64,000 nt of DNA from Heptranchias perlo (taxonomy: Eukaryota): positions 10,850,001-10,914,000 of the forward strand of contig NC_090360.1 in the NCBI RefSeq assembly GCF_035084215.1, given 5' to 3'. Positions 24,648-38,089 of the stretch are shown here, one piece after another. The notes beneath the pieces were generated by a model that worked only from the letters and a program-made list of their open reading frames with translations, searched no databases and was not told the origin of the DNA. Every line of letters begins with the position of its first letter. The first letter of the stretch is position 1. The translations under genes and the position numbers were made by a program.

Positions 24648-26784
24648 ATGCTGAAGATGAGAAATCCATCAGTCTTACTGATAAATTTTCATGAATTTTG
24701 GGCCAAACATTTCTTAGCATTTGGCTAGACCAAGACTTTTTCATATATAATTATCAGCACAAGCCAGGTTACATTTTGGAACAAGTTTAATGGAATCTCA
24801 CTGCAATTTTCCAACAAAATAATGGCAGACAAATTACCAAGGCTGTAAAAATATTTGTATGCTAAATCTATAATATATTAAAGTTATTATGTCTGCAAAC
24901 ACTTCCTGTTAGCTTTTTCCATTATAAATTCCTATGTCCACATTTATATTGGAAACTCCTTATGCAAACTGGTTATGCTGCAATGATACCTATCCCTACT
25001 GAGGCCACTGCAGTTTCTATTATAAATGTGAATACTTGAATTTATAAAGGAAATACAAGGATGTATCACTGTAAAATGGAAACCGAATTATACACGTGTG
25101 CTCTGATCCAATTGATCCTTGCACTACAACCCTGCTTCACCTGAAGTCTACACTTAGTCTAAACTCCCCATCTCCACTGCCATGGGAGATCGACTAGTAA
25201 TAATAAGGAATTGAAACAGCTCTGATTGCTTCTTCAATTTCTATTTTCTCATCCTTTTATGCAAGAGTTGTGGTCACTTTTTTTTAAATAGGCAATACAA
25301 CTCTGTTAAGATATTTTAAACGTTTGCTTCAATAAAAGGGAACTTTTGGAAGCTGAATTTCACATGCAGCAATGGCGTTTTTGTATGGCTGTTCCGATCA
25401 GTCATTTCTGTAACTGATCCATTGGTTGGAATATCTAGATAATTAATGAAAACTAAATTGAAATATTGTAGTAATACGTAGTGAATATCACACATATGAT
25501 TGTAAAGATTGTGCAGAATAGACTGATCAAATGCCATTTCTGTTTGAATTGCTTCTCAATTGAGTTTGAGAAGTCCAGGTGAAATTTCCAGGTGGAGGGT
25601 AGGTTGGTGGCCAAAATCATACCATCAAGTTAATGTTACCCAATCAGCTCCATAGGTATTAAACATCCTGTGAACTCCGATCAATCTGTGGGTTACAAAG
25701 CAGGTTGGCTGCTCCAACTCAATGGTGCCAAGGAATAGTGAGGGGTAGGCTTACTTTGCCGCACTTGGAGCACTCCGTCTTGGCTGGGCCAGCAACAGGA
25801 TAATCAAAGGCATTTTCCTTTGGGGCGGAAAGGGAAATTCATTTGTGGGTCTAAGCTGTTGCAGTGCGCCTCCCAACATCTACTTACAGAGCAGCACTGG
25901 GCACAGGGCAATTGTTAGCCTGTGACTTTCACTCACAGAGCACCATGGGGTTTGGGGGGGAGGGGAACAGACTTTAAAAGAGGAAGAATTAGAAACAATA
26001 CTGTAAGTTGTAATCAGTTATACTGTCCAAGGTGATGAGATGCAATCTATAATTTCAAAATTTGCTTTTGAAGTGATGAAATTTCTCAACATCACTTGAT
26101 TGCTTCATTGGCAAGTCCATCATAAATAAAGCTTTGTTTCCACACAATGATATCGCTGATGACATCTCTTCCCAGTAGCACAATTCATCTAATTCTTTGG
26201 ACTAGAAAGACTGAAAATAGTTTAACATAAATAAGGGACTTGAGGGCTAATGTGATTTTGTAGATACAACACCTGGCCCAGATAGGGGACCTTTGTGTGA
26301 CATTGAAAGCTGTGTGGCAATCTCTATATCTGAATTGAGTTCCTGGAAACCTGCAGGGACTGAAATCAACAGCTTAGCATTCAGATGAGAGATGCTTCAG
26401 ACACTAACCCTACAATGTAAAATGCGTACAGCTCAAGGTTAAAGGCAATCCTAGCTTTGTCAGTAAGGATCAATTTTACAAACCAGGATTGAAGATGAAG
26501 AATTCTTTTCCCAGAGACTGCAGTAGTAATGCAAGGAAATTAATGAACTTTACATCCCTCACACTGGCACTGATCACACAATTATAGTGACATTTTGTTC
26601 TAAAAAGGTTGTACTTAATACTGACATTTTTGATATATGAGAATTGTTGACAGTTGTCCAGTTTTAATTTCTAGAATTCTAATGACGTGACTTTAAAAAT
26701 AGTTCAAAACCTAGCTTGACGATGACAGGAATGATTGCAGAATGCTGCCTTGTCAACCTTCCCATTGTGACTGCTTTTCAGCTT

Positions 26785-27121
26785 CATAGAATCATTAAAT
26801 CTTACAGCACAGAAGGAGGCCATTGGGCCCGTTGTGCCTATGCCGGCTCTTTGAAAGAGCTATCCAATTAGTCCCGCTCCCTGCTCTTTCCCCATAGCCC
26901 TGCAAATTTTTCCTTTTCAAGTATTTAACCAATTCCCTTTTGAAAGTTACTATTGTATCTGCTTCCACCGCCCTTTCAGGCAGTGCATTCCAGATCACAA
27001 CAACTCGCTGCATAAAAAAATTTCTCCTCATCTCCCCTCTGGTGCTTTTGCCAATTATCTTGCATCTGTGTCCTCTGGTTACCGACCCTTCTGCCAGTGG
27101 AAACAGTTTCTCCTTATTTAC
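26785..27121 (-). mobile_element. CR1 (HER1-like) 3' fragment
   Basis: ORF MRRNFFMQRVVVIWNALPE...; tail ending ...ATGATTCTATG. Confidence 0.9.
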
Positions 27122-27565
27122 GTTGTGATGTAATCACTGTAATAAGCTCCTGCTACCAAATGAAGAATGATATTGTTCCTGTTCAGAACTAAATGTCAGG
27201 TTTGCTCCCGTGCTCCAGTGGGAAACTGGATTGTTTTGTTCTTCCAACTTCTGTCATGGGGAAACTCCTATTTAACAGAATCTCCAAATAATATTGAGAA
27301 ACTTTACACTTGGGTAAACACTTTGTGAAGAAGGCTCTAAGTTGGTGACAGATTTGTTTAATGGGTATTGACATCTCAGAGTTATGTAATAAACAATACA
27401 GGGTTATTTCTGTTGCAGGTACCTTATGTTGCACAGTCCATTCAAAATCAACCTGGGCGAACAGAAATAGCTGACTTAGGACTGAAGAAATTGACTTAGA
27501 ACTGACTGACTGTTAGATTGGTGAAGAAGTGCTCGATTTGCAACATCTCGTGTACCCAATGTAGT

Positions 27566-28112
27566 GGGGTAGAAATTGGGATGCATTACACCCAATTTTC
27601 GGGCATATAACGGGTGCAGCGATAACAAATCTGGCAGTGGGATGGCTCGCACACAATCTGCGTATGAGTTTGGGCCTCTGCTAAATTCATCATTGCAGAT
27701 GTTAGTGAAGAGGCCTGACATCTGTTTATGGACCCTTCTGGGAAATTGGTTTCTGATGAGCAGAGCTGGGGCTCGGCCTGCTGCGGTCAGGATTCTTCGG
27801 TGGCACTGTGGCCTAAGCAGCGCCCGCCGCCAACAGTTAAGTTTAAATTAAAAGTGGAGTGCTGCCCCGCCTCCACAGAACTCGCGATCGCCCCCCTCCC
27901 CATCGCCGCGGCAACCTCGCCCCCCCCCCCCCGGGACTTAATTTTGGGTCGCTGCTGGCGAGGCAAGCGGTCTGATATTCACCTTAGTAAAATGTGCAAA
28001 CTGCCTGTAAAGCCTCACAGGTGCCAGCCCAGAGACCAATTTCGGGCCGGCCTTAGGCCTCCCGGTTGGGGCACGCGTTGTCAACCCGGCAACGGGCCGT
28101 AACCAATCTTCA
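27566..28112. mobile_element. GC-rich non-autonomous DNA transposon (Harbinger-like termini)
   Basis: Starts GGGGTAGAAATTGG; complementary CCAATTTCGGGCC at 28037-28049; CpG-rich relative to the flanks. Confidence 0.5.
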
Positions 28113-29163
28113 ATAATCCCAAGTAATATATTGGACAAACAAGACACTAAACTAAAAACTGCAGATACAATCACCATGTACAGCTGTCATTTGATTTGCC
28201 AGCATCTATTTTGATCAATAAGAACCATACTTGCCTCTAATAGCTTATGGAACAGATACTTGAAGACCAAAAACATTACACAAAGAGCAGTAATTATGTT
28301 TTGGAAGGAGAATTGTTACAGAGTGTTCCACATCTACTACAACAAGAAAACACATACACCACACACAAATGTAACATCATGTCAAGCATAGAGGTTAAGC
28401 ACCACATGTGATGATGATTACTATTACAAAATGAAGAGAAACATAATGAATAATAAAAATCGCATGTGTAGCAACCACCTTACTGTGCTTTGGAGTAGTT
28501 AATGAGTTGCTGCTGGATTATACCATGGATTTTTATGGTGGAATTCGATTGAAGTTTGTACCACACCAGAATACAGCACTGCTCACTTCACATGCTTCCG
28601 TCCCTTCCTGTTAGAACTTGCTGCAATCCTATAAAATAAGATCTGAATCCATCCTTCTATTAAAATTAGAAGCTGGCAGCTGAACTTTGGGTTTTACTTC
28701 AGGGTCACCCAGGACCACCAATTGAAAACAAGCAAAGCAAAAGGACCTAAACGTGGATTAATACCTGGCCTGAGTCGGAGAAAACAAAATGGTTTGGAAC
28801 CAGCTCAGTCGGGCATAAATCAGAATGAAGAGAAAGATCCCAGAGGTGGGATGGAGATTGGCCCAGCATGGATTCCAGCACCATTGTGAATTACAGCTGC
28901 ATTCACATCCTGAGTAGGTTGGAGCAATCTGGAAGACATGCTGCATTTCCCTGACCACAGTGTAAACACGACCGTTGGCAGTTGAGATTTCAAAGTCGCC
29001 CTCCCCGTTGTCGCTGCTTTTCACTGTCACGGCATCACAATGTAATCTTTGTGATAAGCACTTTCCACCAAAATGCAGAGTGTATCACTTCGCTCATTTT
29101 CTTTTCCACATTTAAACCTACTTTGGTTTGTAATTGAATTTTTTTCTCCACCAGCCTCCAAGT

Positions 29164-29460
29164 AAAAAAGCATAAATCTGCAGATGCTGGAAATCTGAAA
29201 TAGAAACAGAAAATGCTGAAAACACTCAGCAGGTCAGGCAGCATCAGTAGCGAAAGAAACAGACAAACTAAACGTTTCAGGTGTCGAACCCCTCAGTATG
29301 ACCGGAAACAAATTACAGATGCACAGCATTTAAAAAGGAGCAGAAGAGAGCTGTTCATCTGTATTTTATTCCACGAAGGGTTATACACCCAAACTGATCA
29401 CATGCCTGTGCTCTCCACAGTCGCTGAGTGTATCCAGCATTTTCTGTTTTTAGTTCCCAG
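29164..29460. mobile_element. Inverted pair of PLE terminal repeats (family 2) with decayed hammerheads
   Basis: Left AACAGAAAATGCTGAAAACACTCAGC pairs with right GCTGAGTGTATCCAGCATTTTCTGTT; decayed GAAACGTT core at about 29271-29278 (minus strand). Confidence 0.65.
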
Positions 29461-29997
29461 GTGCTAGTCTGTTGATCTGTCATTTGGGTCTTCCTGCACT
29501 CTTTTCAGAATGGTGATGAGGGGCTCTGGGCACAATCTCTGTTACTTCAAATTTTATCACTGAGCCAGCTGATCAATTAAGACAAAATCTTATCTTTTCC
29601 CGCCTACTGCCTTCCCATCTGACAGCGCAGTTGTACTTTCCCTCAAACGCGTTAGGTTATAAGTGCATTTATTCATTTATTTTGAATTTTTTTTTTGATT
29701 GACAGATTGTTTAGCAGTGAAATTAAAATATTATTGAGGCAAATGCACACAATGTCAATCAAAGGACACAGCTCCTTTGAACTCCTTCGTGGCTGTCTGT
29801 TCTTGATATCATTTTGCTTGAAGGCAATTTGGGAATGTATCGACCTACACTGCCTCCAGGGCAATTTAAGCCTCTGCTTGAGCCTCGTTTCTGTGTTTGC
29901 GGTGATTACTCGCACTGTGGGAAAGCCACTGAAGTCGTCCTCTGGTTATTCAGTTGACATGATGGCCAAGAGATACATTGACGCCATGCTTATTTTA

Positions 29998-30521
29998 CAG
30001 GCATAAAACGGGCGCTTTAGTGTCCAAAATGGCGCATGACGCGCGCACATTCTGCATCTCAAGTTTGCCGCCCGCCATATTGGTAAAGACTCCTGTACAA
30101 GCATCTGGGGCCCATGTCTGAAACAGATGTTAGACTTTTTGCATATGCAAATAGAAGGCTCAACACCTGGTTGAGGCCCTCTTCCTGAAATTGGACTGCC
30201 CTGAACAAAGCTGGCGCTGGGCCTGCTGTTTTCAGGATACCCATGTTTACATGCGGCCTAACCGGCTACCTCCGAAACGGTAAGTTTTTTTAAAAAAGGC
30301 TTACCTGAATGTGGAGCCGGGAGAATAATGAATTTTGCTCCTGGCTCCACAGCAGTCCCGAAGACCATTGCTGCTCCTCTCCCATTCGCCCCCCTCTCGG
30401 GACCTACCTGAGGGACACAGCCAATGCAACTTCTTCCTCATAGAACCGGTGAGCTGCCTCTGGACACCCGTCTGCAGCTCGTCAGATATATGCTGATGAG
30501 GCCTGAGGCCCAATTTTGGCC
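29998..30521. mobile_element. GC-rich non-autonomous DNA transposon fragment
   Basis: CpG-rich block ending CCCAATTTTGGCC, similar in style to 27566-28112. Confidence 0.45.
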
Positions 30522-30675
30522 GAAACTGTGCTTTAAGCCTGGAACAGTCAAGGAGCTTTAGTGACATCTTTTGTAGTCATCAGTATTGCCTAGTTGTGTT
30601 GCAACCAATAACATGATGTCAACTAGTTGTTTTTAAGGCAAGACCATCTCTTATGCTACTTTTCTCTCGTTCTAT

Positions 30676-30798
30676 AAAAGCATAATACCGCAGATGCTGG
30701 AAATCCGAGATAAAAAAAATAATGCTGGAAAACACTCAGCAGGTCAGGCAGCATCTGCGGGGAGAGAGACAGAGTTAATGTTTCAGGTCATCAGAACT
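30676..30798 (-). mobile_element. PLE terminal repeat family 2, solo copy with collapsed hammerhead
   Basis: Homologous to 29164-29290; minus strand GTT-CTGATGA-CCT-GAAA-CAT-T-AAC (stem II lost). Confidence 0.7.
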
Positions 30799-31140
30799 TT
30801 CCTCTCCTTTCCTTGTTTGATCTAAACTCAACGTTTGTAGTCAAGGAAATGGTCAGACAACCAGCTCCCAGTCTCCACCATTGTTGCTCTGAAATGGGCT
30901 GTGAGGAGGACCATAGGAGTGCACTGAGGTTACGTTTCATACCTGTGCAAAAGACTGTAGTCTTCATTCGCCCTCTCCATTGTGGGAATGGATTTATGCC
31001 CCACTGCTGTCTAACATAGTGTGGTTGGTGTTTTAATGCCCCTATAACTCAGTCAGATGAAGATGTCTGGAAATTTAATCATCTGACTGAATTGTTCAGA
31101 GTTTGTTTATCCAGTCATCCTTTCAAACTAAGTGTCTTGT

Positions 31141-31645
31141 TGACTCAGTTGGCAGCACCCTTACCTTTGAATCGGAAGGTTGTAGGTTCAAGCCCCACTC
31201 CAGCACGTAATCTCTGCTGACACTGAGGGTGAGCTGCATTGTTGGAAGTGCCGTCTTTCAAATGAGATGTTAAACCTAAGGTCTCACTTGCCTGTTCAGG
31301 TGAACGTAAAAGATCCCATGGTATTCTTTGAAGAAGAGCATGCTCACCAAAATTCATCCCTCGAACAACCTCTGAACCAAGGCGGGTAAATGGAGTTAAG
31401 ATACAGATCAGCCATGATCTAATTGAATGGCAGAACAGGCTCGAGGGGCTGAATGGCCTACTCCTGTTCCTATGCAATATCACTTATTTACTGTTTGTAG
31501 GCTCTTGTCGTGCAGAAATTGGTTGTCACGTTTGCCTACAAAATAACAGTGGTTACGCTTCAAAAAGTAATTAATTGACTGTGAAGTGCTTTGAGGTTTC
31601 CCAAGGATGTGAAAACTATTGTATAAACACAAGTTATTCTTTTCA
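31141..31645 (+). mobile_element. DeuSINE (SacSINE1-like) interrupted by a CR1 3' end at 31374-31474
   Basis: tRNA-like head CTCAGTTGGCAGCAC...GGTTCAAGCCCC, then the Deu domain; SINE sequence resumes after 31475. Confidence 0.85.
31374..31474 (+). mobile_element. CR1 3' end nested in SINE
   Basis: GATCAGCCATGATCTAATTGAATGG...CTCCTGTTCCTATG. Confidence 0.88.
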
Positions 31646-33254
31646 TTCTTTAGCAATCCTGTTATTTGTGAAAATCTTTCATCTAAGAAAGAAGTTCTTC
31701 ACTACCAGGTCAGATTTTATTACTGTGTATACTGGTTGTATACTATTGGCAACAGATATAAAAATGCTTTATTTTACAGGATTATTAGCTGTAATCATAC
31801 AAGTACATCATAAAATAACACACTGCTTGACTCTTTGATTCTAAATTGGAACAGATAAGCTAATGCAAACAGAGCCAGGTGGTGTGATTTACCAGACCAG
31901 CTAATTTGCATGTATATCCAAGCCCCTCTTGCATGAAATGTCCATTAGCCCTAGCAGAATACTGTACAAATTTGAAAGATAGCTATATGCAAATGAGATA
32001 TTGATTTTATTCGGTTGCATACGGTTAGAAGAAATGAACAACCTTCTAGTGAAGCCTCAGTGCCCATCCAACTTGTGATAATGAGAGAATTATTTCTCTT
32101 CCAGCTGCTTAATTATAGTAAATACATGAAACTTAGTTATTATATAGATGTTGATGAATTCCTTTGAAATTCACTATCTGAGAGTATTTTGTGAGGTCCT
32201 ACATAATTCTGTGTCGTGACCTGATGTTCAGTGAAGTTTTGTTTCATTCACTGAGATCCTGTGTCATTACCCAATGTGGCACTGTGAGGTCAGGATAGTC
32301 TGGATGAGTAGCAGAGAGATAACAAGTTATAATCCAGTCACAATATCCAGACAGCTAACAAACCATTCTTCTTTTGCCTTCATAGTTTGTGAATTCATCT
32401 GAACTCCTTGATTGGATTCTTGTCTTGTAATCTACTCTCAGCCATCCAGTCCTTCAGCTGTCAAGTTAAGGGAAACAACTGGAAATCTTCACTGTATATA
32501 TCAACAGGATTAAAATTCCATATCCATCACTCAGATAATCACTTTAGATGTATGGCATTCAGGTATTTGCTCCCCCGCCCCCATGTTTATATATGAGATG
32601 CAGAGGGATGAATTTTGAAGCAATTGTACTTCATTCGTGTGAGCACTGCAGCCTGGTTGAGTTTCAGTGCCCTTGGAGATGTAGACATTCCATTTTGTAA
32701 ATCTGAACGGCTGTTCTTTTGTTTTTCAGTTGACACTAAAATAAAATTCACGAGCCAGCATCCGTTACATGCAGACAAAATCAAAATAAGAATATCAAAA
32801 GTGAAAAATGAAAACACCTAAAAATGTGGTACTTGTCCAGTAATGAACCTGCCTCATCTTTCTGAGGAAAGTAACTTCTGAATGTCACGTCCTCTCAGAC
32901 TCCTAATGAATCTAGCGTGATTCAGCCTTATGCCAGTTTTGTACTTTGGGAATTAAGAATGGAAATGCGTTCCATCTCATTTTACTGTCGTTTCAAGTAG
33001 TTACATAAATAATAATTCATGTAATTGAGTCAGTTAATAAGCTGGCTTGAAGCCAGACCCATAGCGCAGACGCACAAAAACAGGTGTCATATTAAAAGGA
33101 AACCAAATTAATTTGGGCATTCTCAGGCTCGTGAATCTCAGAATTTCACTCCTTGATGCCCATCTTGCATCAATGGCATGGACTTCTTAATTTGATGCAT
33201 TTTTCGCTGGTGAGACCAAAAGTACTATGCAGAGCTACGTATGCTGTCGCTCCT

Positions 33255-33610
33255 TTGGTGCCTCTGAGTTTATGCTGCGCAGCATATAAACAAGGAAGGC
33301 CCCGGGTTTGATGCATAGTCTGTGCTGAGTTAGCTGATCTCAGCCATGGTCCTACAAGCAGCCTTAATGCCCAGTGAGAGGAAACCCAGTCACGGTTTGC
33401 CCTCCTGATCATATTCCAGCAACCCCCAGTAAAAGTGTACCTCTGTGAACGTCAGGTGAGAACAGGATTGGATTCTGCTCTGGTGCCCTCCCCCACTGTC
33501 AACTAGCCTGCTGACACTCACTGTCAAGGTTCACACATGAATATTGACCACTGGGGTGAAGAACCAAGAGACGTATAACAGCAAGAAGTCAAAGCCTTCA
33601 GGGAAGAAGA
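33255..33610 (+). mobile_element. Old SINE family C copy
   Basis: GGAAGGCCCCGGGTTTGATGC (B-box-like), then GTCTGTGCTGAGTTAGCTGATCTCAGCC, shared with 11430-11782 and a fragment at 35700-35750. Confidence 0.65.
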
Positions 33611-33802
33611 GGAAGTAGAAAATTAATGAGAAAAAAAATCAATAAAGCATGCTAATGCACTTTTGTTGGCAGGAGAAATATATGACATTCTTCAAATAAA
33701 TGAACCATGTATATTTGTAACAGATTTCTCTCAAAGTACAAATTGTACAAAGGGAAAACTTGAGAGTTATTTCTTGTGCAATGACTCTCTTTGCTACTTA
33801 TG

Positions 33803-34240
33803 GTGTCAGCCTTGGCTCAGTTGGTAGTGCTGTCACTTCTGAGTCAGAAGTTCAGGGTTCAAGTCCCACTCCAGAGACTTGAGCACATAATCTAGGCTGA
33901 CACTCCAGTTCAGTACTGAGGGAGTGCTGCACTGTTGGAGGTGCAGTCTTTTATGAGACGTTAAACTGTGGCCCCGTCTGCTCTCTCAGGTGGACATAAA
34001 AGATCCCATGGTACGTTTCAAATAAGAGCAGGGCAGTTCTGGACAATAATTATCCTCCAATCAACATCACTAAAACAGATTATCTGGTCAGCTATCTCAT
34101 TGCTGCTTGTGAGATCTTGCTGTGTGCCAAGTTTCCCCATGTTACAACAGTGACTACACTACAAAAGTAACGAATTGGCTGTGGAGCGCTTTAGGATATT
34201 CTGAGGCCATGAGTGCGATATATAAAGGCAAGTTTGTTCG
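33803..34240 (+). mobile_element. Full-length DeuSINE (SacSINE1-like)
   Basis: A box TGGCTCAGTTGG, B box GGTTCAAGTCC, Deu domain (GGTGGACATAAAAGATCCCATGG...), L2-like 3' end. Confidence 0.9.
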
Positions 34241-34414
34241 GTGTTTATTATATTGAACAATGGAAGCCACAAAAGTGGTAGCATAAACTGTTTTCATTCA
34301 GTTTTTAATTTTTTTCATCATCCTTATTTCAAATACATTTTAAGACTCTGATACATAACAAAGTTAAAATAATTTGTAACAATTCACTTATAACCAGCCC
34401 CCTATTGTGATATT

Positions 34415-34760
34415 AAGTCAGGACTTGACAGTTTAGTACAGTACTGAAGGAGTGTTGCATTGTCAAAGGATACTGGCTTTTGGATGAGACGTTAAATTGA
34501 GGCCCCATCTGTCTGTTCAGGTGGACATAAAATATCTCATGGGATAATTCGAAGAAGAGCAGGAGGCTCCCAATATCCTGCAACGATTCCTCTCTCAACC
34601 AACACCACAATAACAAATTAATCTCATCTGTGTCTGTGCACATAATGGCTGCCATGTTTGCCCACATAACAATAGTTACTGTGCTTCAAAGTAATTCATT
34701 GTATACAGGACATTTCTTAGAAATGCAAAAAGGCACTATATACAGAAAATGCAAGTCTTC
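34415..34760 (+). mobile_element. DeuSINE, headless copy
   Basis: GGATGAGACGTTAAATTGAGGCCCC...AAAGGCACTATATACAGAAAATGCAAGTC. Confidence 0.8.
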
Positions 34761-36528
34761 TGCCAAATGTGAGGCAGATGAAAAAAATTCTTGATTGGCT
34801 TGAAAGCACACAGTTGGAGTCCAGCCAAACTGAAAATAAGACTCCAAGAGCAACAAACCCAAAAACTGGAGCTGTGATAAGGCTGATGTTTTGAATTGCA
34901 CTTTTATAATTAATACTGTTGGGAATGAGCAGTAATTCTGCAACTCTGCCCTTGGATGATGTAATGGGAAGACATTAGGGGGTTATATTCTGGAAGGATG
35001 AGATCAAATGGCCCTAGATTCAGTTGAAGAAGGCAACTATCTTGTGATAAAAGTAAGACATTACCTGATGGAGGTCAGGTCGATCAGTTGTAAAATAGAC
35101 CAGTAACATTACTATCCAGTGGAAGACACAACTCAATAACATTTAGCAGGTTGTCCATGATGTTGCTCACGCTGGCTGAAATTGGTGTGGGTTGAAAGGA
35201 CTGTAATAGTATGACAGCTTTGGGAAAAATATATTGATTCTGCCCACAAGAATAACAATGCCAACTGACTAATCACAAGTTACGGCACTTTCTTTGATTA
35301 AAAACTTTTCCCTATATGTACCCATTATTTGTCCCAGAGCATTGAACTACTGTGGGGCTCCCCCAATGCCTCACGGAGAAATCGACCACATTGATGTGAT
35401 CGACTATCAATGTTCTTTTCCATTGCCCCAGCAGTTTCTAGAGTTTAGAACCGTGGGGGGACGGTTGGCTTTTTCCTTTTTAGTTTGGGCTTGTGACTTA
35501 CCGGCAACAGTTACTGTCTTTTTTTAAAACTATGCACCAAACTGAAAAAGTCTCATGTTTCTGCTCCTGTTGCTGGAGCGTTTTTAAATTCAGCCCAGCG
35601 GCTGTTTTAAGTGTGATTAATAATGTTGCAAATGTTGTGGTTTTTAAGCCGCAGGATGTCTATCTCTAATTGTGGTGCTGAACCATACACTCCACAAGTG
35701 TCTCGGGATCAGTCCCTGATCTGTGCCGAGTTAGCTGGACAGTGGTGGGGATGTTAGAATTCTCCCATTTGTTATGCTCACTTGTGTGAGTAGCTTCAAT
35801 AGTGAAGAAGAAAATCATTTTAAATAATGAGGATTTTCTGCATCCACATTGACTAAAGAAACTCTTCCCCCATGAGAAGAAGTGGTAATATGGATTTCGG
35901 TCATTTTGTTTATAATACTTGTATGTATAAAAGTTTTGAATCTGTCACATTTCAGATGTTACACTTTAAAGTGTCAAAGATATATTTAAAAAAATAAGAG
36001 AGGCTGTCGTTTCATGCTTGTTTCTTCTGACCTGGAGCTGAAAATTTACATCACCAATCTGCAAACTTCCCTCATCAACAGCAATTAACTCCTAATTGAT
36101 CTCGGGATTTCCTTTTTACAACAAATAGACTTTGTGGTCTGGTTAAACAGAGCTGCATCTTAGCAACCAAACAATGCATTGTGCATCACATGGTATAAGG
36201 CTCCTGTCATTATAAAACAGTGTATTTATTATCTGACCTCCCATGAGCAGTTCAGTGGGAAGATTGCTAATATGTTTAGAATTAATAATAATTATTTATA
36301 AAACTTTGAATCAGGAAAGCTGTTCTTTTCTAATAGATCTCTGACGGCGGTGGTAGAAATGTTATTTTTGGGCAAGGCAACAAGATACGAGAGTGGAAAT
36401 TAAAATTTCTCACTGCTCTGTGGGTAAGCTACATGTTAATGTCTGTGTTACAGTAGCACAGAAAGGAATTTGGTGCAGGTGTGTTAAGTGCTCATATGAG
36501 AATAGTGCTGCTTGTAATTTAGGAGTGC

Positions 36529-37055
36529 CACAAGTCAGGAGTGTGATGGAATACTCTCCACTTGCCTGGATGAGTGCAGCTCCAACAGCACTCAAGAAGC
36601 ACGACACCATCCAGGACAAAGCAACCCGTTTGGCACCCCATCCACCACCCTAAACATTCACTCCCTCCACCACCGGCGCACCGTGGCTGCAGTGCATTAT
36701 CCACAGGATGCACTGCAGCAACTCGCCAAGGCTTCTTCGACAGCACCTCCCAAACCGCGACCTCTACCACCTAGAAGGACAAGGGTAGCATGCACATGGG
36801 AACAACACCACCTGCACGTTCCCCTCCAAGTCACACACCATCCCGACTTGAAAATATATCGCCATTCCTTCATCGGCGTTGGGTTAAAATCCTGGAACTC
36901 CCCACCTCACAGCACTGTGGGAGAACCTTCACCACATGGACTGCAGTGGTTCAAGGCGGCGGCTCACCACCACCTTCTCAAGGGCAATTAGGGATGGGCA
37001 ATAAATGCTGGCCTCGCCAGTGACGCTCGCATCCCATGAACGAGTTAAAAAAAAA
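36529..37055 (+). mobile_element. LINE family B, 5'-truncated
   Basis: QVRSVMEYSPLAWMSAAP...; same 3' end followed by poly(A). Confidence 0.92.
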
Positions 37056-38089
37056 TTCCTACCCTATAAGGTATTTGGGGGGGTGGGTGGGAAGATTGTC
37101 ATGAACTGGTGCATGTAACTGTAGTAAAGACTCGCCTTCAAAACAAAGTACCAAAGTTAGTGACACATGTAAGCATAAGGAATTCATTGTACTACAAGGC
37201 CATGAATTCAGGTCACTCCCTTCAGGATATGTAGATAGTCTGGTCAAATATATATCATGTGTGCTTCATATTGTGATTAAAGCTTCAGTGTAAACTGGAG
37301 GATTATCTGTCACATAATGCTTCCAATTAGCTTTCAGGATGTAATTTAATCTTTCAACAAACAGGCAAGATACTTCAAAAATATTAAGAAAATATTGAAA
37401 ACCTCTATAATTATTATATCAATTAGACTGCCTGTTACACAAAAAAATGGTCGCTTCTAAGCCAGAAGGCACTTATGACACCGTCAGTTACTTCAGCTCA
37501 AACCAAGAATGTATTTTCATCCAACTCAAACTGAGATGCCTCAAATGTATATTTTATCACAGTAACAATGCAATTTGATTTATCAGGATTTGACTGGAAA
37601 ATGGTTTCAAGTTAGTCATTTTGAGCAAAAGCAGTGGTGGAATTTTCCCCTAGGCAGGTTTACTATCGGAAAAAATTAGTTCCAGTTGCCATAGCAGCTT
37701 TTTAAATGGGGTAATAAGCTGATTTTCATAATTTAATTGAACTTCAGCTGTATTCAGACATTTGAATGCCTGCGGTATGTGTTGACATTGGTGAATAGGG
37801 TGATATGAAGATATGGCCCAGAACCAATGTACTGATTGGATTTTTTAAAACTTCAGAAATCATTCTCCCCACCACCCGAATTATTGAGCATGATGTTGTG
37901 GAAAAAGATTTTACTGGGCAGTGTGGTGCTAAGGAATGCTTAATTTAACCTTTATAACAGTGCCTATGTTGGAATCATTGACCGCAAATGCAAGTTGTTT
38001 TGGTGAATTGCCCTTGTTTGGGTTGCCAGTGAGTTATCTCTCAATGATTTGCCATTCACTGATTTGCCTGAAAGTCATGTCAATAATTT

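Noticed and set aside
28702-28890. Open frame after a TTCAG acceptor (VTQDHQLK...)
   Set aside because: No recognisable protein, weak donor, and the length is within chance expectation.
33810-33875. tRNA gene
   Set aside because: The A/B boxes belong to a SINE head that continues into the Deu domain; no full cloverleaf is evident.
37685-37698. RFX X-box-like GTTGCCATAGCAGC
   Set aside because: Single imperfect motif with no supporting context.
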